A DNA stretch of 64,000 bases, taken from NCBI RefSeq assembly GCF_006345805.1, contig NC_043003.1, positions 33,418,001 to 33,482,000 on the forward strand. The letters are read 5' to 3'. Positions 54,118 through 64,000 of this stretch are shown here, piece after piece (the stretch's first letter is position 1; each line of letters starts with the position of its first letter). Origin of the DNA: Octopus sinensis. Its lineage: Eukaryota. A program made the position numbers and the translations under genes. The notes below the pieces were generated by a model. That model saw only the letters and a program-made list of their open reading frames with translations, searched no databases and had not been told where the DNA came from.

Positions 54118-54925
54118 ACTAGGGTGCTAGAAAGCTCCTACAATAAGAGCTAAACCGCTCTGATGCTGTAGTTAACGAACTGAGTGATTCTAGCACCCCC
54201 TCAGACTTCTTGACAATCTTGGAGATGTGGATTGTCCTACGCAGATCATTGTTTACAATAATGTCCAGTTCATGGCTGCTAGAAGACTTTATGAGAATGG
54301 TGTTGCTGAGAGAATATGCAAAGGCTGGATTTTCCCTACCAAAATGCATGTTCATGCACTTGCCCACACTTGGCTTGAGTTGCTAGTCAGAGACCCATTG
54401 CTGCATTATATACATATCTGATTGCAGAAAAGATCTATGGCGCAATGGATCTGATCTTTTTTATTTCGAGGTACAGCTTGATACCATCTGCATATTTCAG
54501 CTCTGTAACATTCCTCAAGTTTGCATCTATAACATTAATAAATGCAACAAACAGTAGGATTCCAAGAAGGAATCCCTGTGGCACACCAGATGTCACATAG
54601 TAGAGGGAAGAATGATATCATAGGATAGTAACTACCTCTTTCCGACCGAGAATGAAAGATTTCAGTCAGTTATAGAGATAATCTTTCACAGTCATTGCAG
54701 AAAAGTTTACCATAAGCCACTTGTGTGACACAGAGTTGAAAGCATTATCAAAATCAATATAAATAGCATCCACCCGTGAGCTTCCATCAGTAACTTGGGT
54801 GATGTCCTCAAGAAACTCGATGAGTTGACTACAGCAGCTGGAGTTAGGGCTAAAACCTAATTGTGATGATCAAATAAAGCTGTGAGAGATCCGAAATTTC
54901 AAGAATGTTTCTCTACACAGGACTC
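54118..54925 (-). mobile_element. CR1-type RT remnant
   Basis: Minus-strand DAIYIDFDNAFNSVSH, VTSGVPQG, ADGIKLY, KCMNMHFGRENP. Confidence 0.85.
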
Positions 54926-55123
54926 CATCAGTTTGGCGATGCAACCAGTAAGGCTGACTGGACAGTAGTTGTCAGGTGATGTGCGATCACATTTTTTGAA
55001 CTTGGGAACGACACTGGCAATTTTCCAATGCTCTGAAGTGGCTCAGTTGTTAAGGCAGAAGTGAAAAAAAGGAAGAAAGCTGGTGCAATATGCGTGCAAT
55101 ATGTGTGTGTTTGTATGTATACA

Positions 55124-55155
<32 letters not shown>

Positions 55156-55275
55156 GATATGGGCATAAGTATGCGTATATTCATATGTATATGTGTCTGT
55201 GTGTATAGATATATATGAATATCTATCTATCTACCTACGTACCTACCTACCTACCTATATACATATATGTGTGCG

Positions 55276-55346
<71 letters not shown>

Positions 55347-58300
55347 TATATATATATATATACTGAGAGAGAGGTGGAAGGAGAGAGAGAGGAGGAAGAG
55401 ATAGATAAATAAATAAATAGATGGATGGATAGATAAATAAATGAGTGTGTGTTTATTGATGCACACTCCGACACAGGGATGTACATGTACACTTCAAACA
55501 CACACACGCGCACACAAATATAAACTTCCATACTTTTATATGCGTATCTATTTGTGTGTGCGTGTGTGCAAGTTTGTGTGTGTGCGTGTGTGTGTTATTT
55601 CAGTTTGTATTTGGAAATCCATTTATGCATTAGTCACTTCAGGGACCTCATTACAGAAAGTTCCAAAAGACAACATCCTTCGAACAATGCTTTCAATGGA
55701 ATTGACCTCGAGGGAGTGTAAGTACTGCGGTATCTAAGTTAGACTCTGAAAGTTTACGAAAGTCTATCCTCAGAACTCGCTTGCTTCGAATTCGGCTATC
55801 TTTTAACAACTTTAAATCACTAATGTAAAAGTGTATGACATCAAAGTTCATCACAAGACAGACGTGCCACTTTTTTCCAACGAAAATTTAACTGGAGTTT
55901 ATTTCCACCTGTCATTCCTGCAATAGTAGAGCTTTAATAGTGCCAATGCTTTCCTTCCTTCCGTCAAATAGCACACAAATGTGCAATTATATATTTTCCA
56001 ATGATTAAAAGTTTGTGCATTCGCGTTTAAGTTGATGGCAGTTACAACGCCTTCCAGCTTTTATAATATATAAATCTTGAAAGTTTTGTGAACGCCTTGC
56101 CATACATATCTCTGATTTCAGCTGCTTTTCGTGTTCAGGAATCTCATACAGTTGAGTTACAGGAGTGATCTTAGGCATGAAAACTGTAATTAATAACGAC
56201 GATCTATCTATTTGTCCTCAGTTGCATTTTCACCATCCTTCCTTACAGAAAAGTTCTTGTTAGGCATATGACAGTATCGTTGATATTTCATGTCCCTGCA
56301 AACAACATACATCATTCAGTATCTAGTTAGATTTTCGCAACCACCAACGCAAAGTAACAATGTAAGACTCCCCTCAACACACACACACACACACACCACC
56401 ACCACCACCACCACCACCACCACCACCACCATCACACTGTATTTGGAATCAGAAATTATGCAAGATTTGTTTTGGCGATTTTAAAATGTATATTTGAAAA
56501 TAATTTCGAGAAATCGATACCAGATTAAATATATTTATATATATATGATTTTAAAAAATAATGATTCGTATAACCGAATTCCTAAATCGTATTTAAGACA
56601 TAGATTTTGATGATTTTAGAATTGTGATGAAAACTTCTATAGAATTAAGATCCCATTGCTATCACTAATGATGGACTAAAATATGGGTCTTAGTTGTTTA
56701 TGGTTAGAAGCATAGGGGAATTAATTACATAGATAACATTGTAGAGCATGCATAAAAATAATTTATTGAGAAATAGAAAACCAACAGGTAAGCAAAACAT
56801 CAACCTTTACAGATTAAGATTCAATATCTAGAGTAAATCACTACAGAAATATTAATGCTTTCTTCAGCAGTATGCATATCTCATAAGATGGCTTTGGTAG
56901 CATATTGCTTAGAGAAAACATTCTGAATGAATAAAAATACAACAGTGCTCTTAAATATACCTGAAATCTGATTAGAAACGTTTCTCTTTACTTCTTTATA
57001 ATAGTTTCAAGCTTATTATTTCTCATATTTGAGATACGTACCTATGGTAATGTCATATAGTCTCTACGACGATAATCAGAAATAAGAAAGTGTTTCTATT
57101 GAAAAAGCTTACACAAAAATCTTGCCTTACAGTAACAACACAGAAAAAAAACACAGATCTGGGCACACAAAAACGAAACAAAATTAATCATGTTAATAAA
57201 TATAAGTTAATTATATCTATCAACACAAATATAATGGTATAATTTAAAAGCGAATTGATAACATTACCAATGATATTGTACCACCATGGCCTTTAACAGA
57301 TAAGTGACAGAAAAAAAAAATGTGACTTAGAATGCAGAAATGAAGAAACTGAAACACATTTTAGATACAATAATATACATTAAACTTTAATGTATAATGA
57401 ATTTAGTGACAAAACTAATTGTGTTTAAAGAAAGCAACGCTGAATGTTGTGCCCTTCTTCGACATGCAAGAAAAAGCGGTATGTATGTATCTATCTATTT
57501 TTTCATTCCTTTATGTTTCCCATCATTCAGTTAGCTTCTATGTATAAGCATATGAAGGTCTCCATGTGTTTGAAGTGTGTGTCAGTGCTAGGTTAAATGT
57601 GTGTGTGAGAAGCAGTAGATACGCCTACGTACATGTTATATATTATGCAAAGCAATGAGTATATTCCTTTGCAATACGTGCATTGATCAACGAAGTCATA
57701 TGTATATATATCTAGTTCCTTATACTCACACGCTGACACAAATATTCGTGTCCGTGTATATCCTAGTGAGTGCGTATGTTTTTATGAGTGTACATACTTA
57801 TTTGTCAATATATATATACATGCACACACACGCACAAACACACACACATACACACACATATATATATGTATATGTACACACACGCACACACACGGATGTA
57901 CAGATATGTACATGTACGTATAGGTATAATTATGTATACGTGAAAGTGTATTTCGAAAATTATGCATATATATTTGCATACATCCATACAGAGATAGGCT
58001 AATGTACGCAGATATGCTATAAATATATGAGGACGCTACTAAGTATGAATTTAAAATTTGTTATATATTTTATGTGTCTAAAATTTTAATCGACATTCGT
58101 TCCTGTTGAAAGCTTCCTAATGCCGTACTGGGAATTCTTCCGGCATTATACATTTGTCTTCTGCAGAAGATTTATTTCGATATTTCTAACATGCATGGAA
58201 ATGTAACAGCGCTCTAGATGGCAGTAAGGGGCGAGATTGTGCTGGTTAGGGTTGGACCTATTGTCAAAGAGAACATGCACGAAGAAGTGTACAATATTTA

Positions 58301-58783
58301 TAAGATACGAAGCTTCCACCATAAATCCATAACACAGGAAATGGTTGGACTGCTTCGTAAACACGCTGTTGTTCATTGAATGCATTGACTTCAATCGATA
58401 ATTTTTAGTAGTGTGTTTGTGTGTGTGTGTCTATCAATATGTGGTTGCGTGTGTGTGTGTGTGTGTGTGTGTGTATGAGTATGCGGTTGCGTGTGTGTAT
58501 GTGTGTGCCTTTAACTTTGAAATCTCAGATATCATGTATAGTAATTTCCCTTTCTCAACTATGTACAATATATTGAGACTGGAGTCCGTTCTTAGAATTG
58601 TTAGTTTGAATCTATTAAATGTGTCGAATATCTTACTGTTTATAAAATATTTCTCTTTTCTTCACACATCGTGCCATTCCATTCATTTCGCACGTCTCTC
58701 CCAGCCTCTATCTCCGTTTCTCTCAATCCTCTTCTCTTATTCTAATAGATACATTTATACTCACACATATCTATATATATTAT

Positions 58784-58835
<52 letters not shown>

Positions 58836-59368
58836 TTATGTGTTTATCTTTGATTCTCTCGAAATCTTATTGGCTGCAGTGTTTAGATTGTGCCCAAGTT
58901 TGTGTACTGCCATCAAGAAGGTTGTTCTCTATATCGAACAAAATGCATTTTCTGGTACATACTTTATAAACAACATCATATAGGAAAGCAAATTTTACAT
59001 TTGTTTAAAGTATACAACGGTTATAAAAAATGTGTGTGTGCGTGAGTGTATTTTTCTCTGTGGCCACGTGTTTATATATACGCGTGGATGCGTGCATGTG
59101 TCTAGATAGTGAAGAGATTTGTTTATAAGTGAAGAAGGGATACTAAACACATAGTATGTTTTCTATATTTTAGTACTGTATATGCCAAACTCATTGCCAA
59201 ATTTTCATACAATTCAGAACCAGAAACAGTGGGATAACATTTATGCAAAATATATTAGTAAGCGCACCGAAATATGGTTAGTTATCGAGATTTACTAGAT
59301 TGGTATTGATATCCTGTGTTCTTGCGCACTAATCAAATTTCTTCATTCCTTTTACATATTTCACATTT

Positions 59369-59765
59369 AGGCGCAAGAGAAGCTGTGTGGTAAGAAGTGT
59401 GTTTCCCAGTTACATGGTTCCAGGTTCAGTCCCACTGCGTGGCTCCTTGGCTAAGTGTTTCCTACTATATGACCGGGCCGACCAAAGCCTTGTGAGTGGA
59501 TTTGATGGATAGCAACTAAAAGAACCCCGTCGAATATATATGTGTGGGTGTGTTTGTCGGCGTGTCTTTGTGTCAGTGTTTGTCCCCCACCACCGCGTGA
59601 CTACCGGTGTTGGTGTATTGACGTCCCTGCAAAATAGAACGATGGAATAAGTACCTATCTTTAAAAAAATATATGCATCGAGACTGATTCAGTCGACTAA
59701 AAGTTCTTCTTCTAAAAGCGGTATTCCAGCATGGCCGCAGTTTAATGACTGAAACAAATAAAATA
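59369..59765 (+). mobile_element. Full-length family B SINE
   Basis: GGCGCAAGAGAAGCTGTGTGGTAAGAAG head through CCAGCATGGCCGCAG..TGACTGAAACAA tail. Confidence 0.88.
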
Positions 59766-59889
59766 TGAAAAATAGATAATATTCACTTTCTTTTCAGAGA
59801 AGCATAACCATCTCGTGTGAATGGCTATGTGATTATGAAGCATTTCTGAGGATTCTTCAATATTAGTACCTGGTCGATTAATCTTCATC

Positions 59890-59932
59890 ATTCCTGGCTT
59901 CCACCCAGGCGGTTCAATTCCCGGCATGGGAA
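59890..59932 (+). pseudogene. 3' half of a tRNA-Glu-like gene
   Basis: ATTCCTGG-CTTCCAC-CCAGGCGG-TTCAATTCCCGGCATGGGAA matches the metazoan tRNA-Glu(TTC) anticodon arm, T arm and acceptor 3' strand, with a short deletion. T7 run at 59939-59945. Confidence 0.75.
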
Positions 59933-62729
59933 CGCTAATTTTTTTGAATGGCGGTGCTCCAGCATGGTCATAACCTGAAGGTCATAACTTTGTCGTGCAA
60001 GTAGATGTATTATGGCAGGCAGCCAGAGACATCGTGGTTATACGTTCTTCTATACTTACACATATTCTGAAGTTACATTCTGTATTCTGCATTCTTAAAT
60101 TTATTTTAGCGATTTCTGGAAGTCGACTTTGGATCTTGTACCAGAATAAAAATGCTTCAGTTTCAGGTTTGACTCCTATTCTTTTAAAAACATATTGCCG
60201 ATCTTGTCTGCATGCCCTGAGCTCAACATTTCTGTTATTGACAATTTAATTTCCTTTTTGTTATTAAAATTGAAACATACTATACGATAGTCATATTATT
60301 CTCTTAAATTGTAACACGCTTGCATTTTCTGGTGCTGATTCAATCTGTGTTTTATATATGTTAGCTTCGTCGAAGACAGAAAACAGTTCTGTTCGTGTTT
60401 CGTAACTCCCTAATATTTTCTATTACTCTTTACTGGATATTTTTATGGTTGAGCATTTGATATTATATAATAGTTACTTCTTGCATAATGTTCATAACTC
60501 TTTCTATCGGTGGTAAATATAATCTTTCTATATCAGATTTTGGGTATATAAGATTGGTGGTATATTCTACGCTCACCATGCCATTAGTAAATTCTCCATA
60601 ATTCCAAAGAGCGAGGGGATCTCGTTGGTTCACTTAATCTGCTCCCTGAAATTATATACAGCCATCTCGAAATGTAGTAACGTATTATAATACAATCTTA
60701 AACTGGATGTGCTTTACGCGATGAACAATGGTATAAACATGACTGGAACATGTTTAATCTGATTCATTCCAATGTAGATTGATTTGAGGTCAAAGCAAAA
60801 GCACCAACGTTTTCTTCAAACTTAATAAAGAATCTAGAAAATGTATAACCTAATGAAAATCTAATATACAAGCTGTTCTTACTATTTTTTTCTAACTTAT
60901 TGCTTTCTTCTGCGCTTAATTATAAATGATAATAGCTAACAAAAGTTTAAAATTGAAACAAATTATAACATTGTTTCTAATTTTATTGTTTGTGCAAACA
61001 TAATAACCAGTATTACGTCTGATACTAATACTTTTCTTTAAAATTATTCATCTAGTAGCTAATTCTTTTCCTTTAAAACCGTCAAGTCTGTTAGTTAAAA
61101 CAGTTTTGTGTGTATGTGTGAGTGTACGTGGGTGTGTAAATATCGCTCCTCTTAAAATACTTTTGATATCACAAAAACATTTGAAGAAAGTGAGACGGCT
61201 GTAAATAAATGATGGTCTCACACGTATTGGTTTATATTGTGCTCATAGAGATTGACACTCGCCCTTTCTCAGAAATCCCGAGGGAAAGCCTAGCGGTCTA
61301 AGATGACGGCAAACAGCTGGGTAAGAAATGCAGTGATAATATGAGTACCAAAGTTGTACATCTCAGAAGATATATTTTCTGCACCAAAGGTTTCACTGCT
61401 TGTAAATTTAACCTTTTATGTAATTGGCTCAACTTCACAATGATGTTATTCTTAAATAGCTGCGAGAGGATAAGCATATGAAATTAAGAATCCATGTTGT
61501 GCCCTGAACCTTATAAAATTCCATGCGTACTGACAGTGCGACGTAGAGTCTAATGTGTGCAATCGCATTTGTGTAGGCAGTGGTAGAAGTCGTTGAGAAG
61601 GGATAAATGTCTGTTACGTGTTTGTTATTGATTCAGTTTTTGTAGTATTATAACACTGTTACAGTGTAGTCTATATCCAAACTCAAGGATATAAGAGTCT
61701 CAATACCCCCGCATGTTTGACACAGTCGTCAAATAGGGTTCAGTGGTAATTGTTGACGGACAGAAATTCTGAATTTGCGGAGTATAGACTGCCTGCGCTA
61801 GTAAATAGGCATACATACATACATAGTACATACATACATACATACATACATACATACATACACACATACATACATACATAGGTATATGTGCGTGCGTGTG
61901 TGTGTGTGTGCGAGTGTATGTATTTATATACATGTATATATATATGTTTATATATATATGTGCGTGTGTGTTTGTATACATATATATATGCGTATGTGTT
62001 TTTGTGTGTTTGTTTGTCTTTGTGTGTGCATACACAGATTATGTTAAAGACATGATTATATTCGGTATTCGGAGACTTAACTCAGTTCTACAGGGTTTTC
62101 AGATTTCTTTGCTCTTCCTTTATGGTTTATTTGAAGTAATAGCGTTCCGAAATCTATTATCGCTTCATCATGTCTGTCACATCCTTTGGCTAGCATTATT
62201 TTGATGTAGTCGAGTTATTACTGCGCTTTGTTGTAGACCGCAAAATATCATGGAAATACTATTGTAATTCCCGAAAATCAGCAACATTTGATTTCACTTT
62301 TAAAGAAAAAACTCAGTAAAAAATAGTGGTAATAGCTACAATGGAGTCTTTACTAAAAGTAAAATACTAACGAAAATTCAATATAGACATAACACTCAGG
62401 AAATAACCTTTAAAATATATCAAGTGTTAACTGTTAGCTGAATAATTTAAATGAAATAATTTCTTGCGCTGAGGCTTATATCAGTTATGATAGAACTCCC
62501 ATGAAAGCTTGCGATCCATTAAATATATCGCGAACATATCATACGACTGTTGTGATTATATATAGAAATAAACATACATATACCATACATCTGACCATAA
62601 TGGAGCATGACTCTCACTCTTGTAAAACTGTAAAGTTGTAAAAATTGCAAATAATAAAACAGGAAAATCAAACTAATTTGGAATTTCATTGATTAATATA
62701 TTCTTCAGTACACAATCATACAAACTCGG

Positions 62730-62764
<35 letters not shown>

Positions 62765-62882
62765 AAATTAAAATACTGAGGGTAGAAATTGATATCAATC
62801 AATTAACATCAATTTAAACCAATGGTCTAGCATATTAAAAAAATCCGAAGATTTAAAAATTATATTACAGTTGATAAGAGTA

Positions 62883-62954
62883 ATGACCACTAAAGTGGAA
62901 TCCTATACACTAGACATCTATTTCTAGTTTATAGGAATCCACTTTAGTGGTCAT
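62883..62954. repeat. 72-nt hairpin (32-bp arms, 8-nt loop) in a TA-flanked segment
   Basis: ATGACCACTAAAGTGGAATCCTATACACTAGA / TCTAGTTTATAGGAATCCACTTTAGTGGTCAT, 2 mismatches. Confidence 0.88.
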
Positions 62955-62974
62955 ATGCATATATATATACTTTT

Positions 62975-63598
62975 CAATCCTCATCCAAGAACTCACACCA
63001 TGAATCACAACAGGGCACTACACAAACACAGGGATACAAGATAGCACCAGACATAACCAATAGTTATAAAAGTCATCAAAGAAGTTGATAAAGAAAGTGC
63101 AGTAGTCTTAATGGACACGGTATACTATATAACTCTAGTGTTATCCATATTAGAAGACACAACATACTATGAAAAGAGCCAACGCTACAGTCAGCAGAAA
63201 ATAATGAGAAGCCCAAAAACTCTGATAAACCTATACCGAGAAGGCCTCACCGACAATGTTTACGAACATATGACTAATTTTGATGGGTTGTAGCTACTTC
63301 TATTTCTGGCTAACGATTAGTCCTCGTTGTATTTGTCGTATAGTTCCTCAGCGAGTCGTAATTTTCTAAAGAATTCCGCAACATCTTTCATTTCGTTGTA
63401 GTTGGACGTTGGGCGGAAGGAGTAAATTTGAGCCCTTTCGAGAGTATGTTGATTTTGTCTGGTGTTAGATCTTTGACAGTTATATTGATGACTTTTATAA
63501 CTTTTGGTTTCTCCTCTATGTCTGGTGCTATCCCGTATCCCCGTGTTTGTGTAGTGCCCTGTTGTGATTCATGGTGTGGGTTCTTGGATGAAGATTGA
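62975..63598. mobile_element. Two convergent 5' fragments of one Penelope-like element forming a fold-back
   Basis: ~130-bp inverted arms. Minus strand reads VINITVKDLTPDKINILSKGLKFTP..FFRKLRLAE; plus strand reads VIKEVDKESAVVLMD..Y...LEDTTYYE (IKxADKGxAVVxMD). Confidence 0.85.
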
Positions 63599-63601
63599 GT
63601 A

Positions 63602-63644
<43 letters not shown>

Positions 63645-63685
63645 TATATATGTGTGTATATATATATACATATATATATGTATAT

Positions 63686-63717
<32 letters not shown>

Positions 63718-63726
63718 GTATATAAG

Positions 63727-63763
<37 letters not shown>

Positions 63764-63944
63764 ATATATATCTATATCTATATCTATCTGTCTATCCTAT
63801 CAATTTTTACGGTATTCCTAAGATGCGAAAAGTGAAAAAATAAGTAACGCATGCTGAGGAGCCACAGACATAATAGTCAAGGTAACTCCACCTAATGACC
63901 TCAAATTAATTCATATTATATATCCCGATTTTCTTTGAATCGCT

Positions 63945-64000
63945 AACATGCCGGGGACAAAATGCTTAGTTCAAATTCCACCGAGGTCGACTTTGCCTTT
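63945..64000 (+). mobile_element. Family C SINE running off the window end
   Basis: AGTTCAAATTCCACCGAGGTCGACTTTGCCTTT. Confidence 0.75.

Overview
AT-rich, microsatellite-saturated eukaryotic DNA. The (TA)n/(TATC)n/(CA)n/(TATG)n load and the SINE families point to an Octopus (coleoid cephalopod) genome; this is inference from recalled repeat consensus, not a database result. I can support no intact cellular gene. Nearly all ORF-track entries are microsatellite read-throughs or transposon debris. The window holds a CR1/L2-type LINE, several mariner and maT copies, a degraded hATm-like transposase, three non-autonomous Helitrons, Penelope-like (PLE) fragments with hammerhead-like motifs, RTE and Tx1/L1 remnants, three tRNA-SINE families and a half tRNA-Glu. 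Most notable: (i) a 1.95-kb ORF1-only, CCHC-knuckle retro-element inserted into a tRNA-SINE head with a perfect 16-bp TSD and an array of 3' stem-loops; (ii) a recurring set of fold-back palindromes, several PLE-derived, embedded in (TA)n tracts. Coordinates were read by eye and may be off by a few bases.
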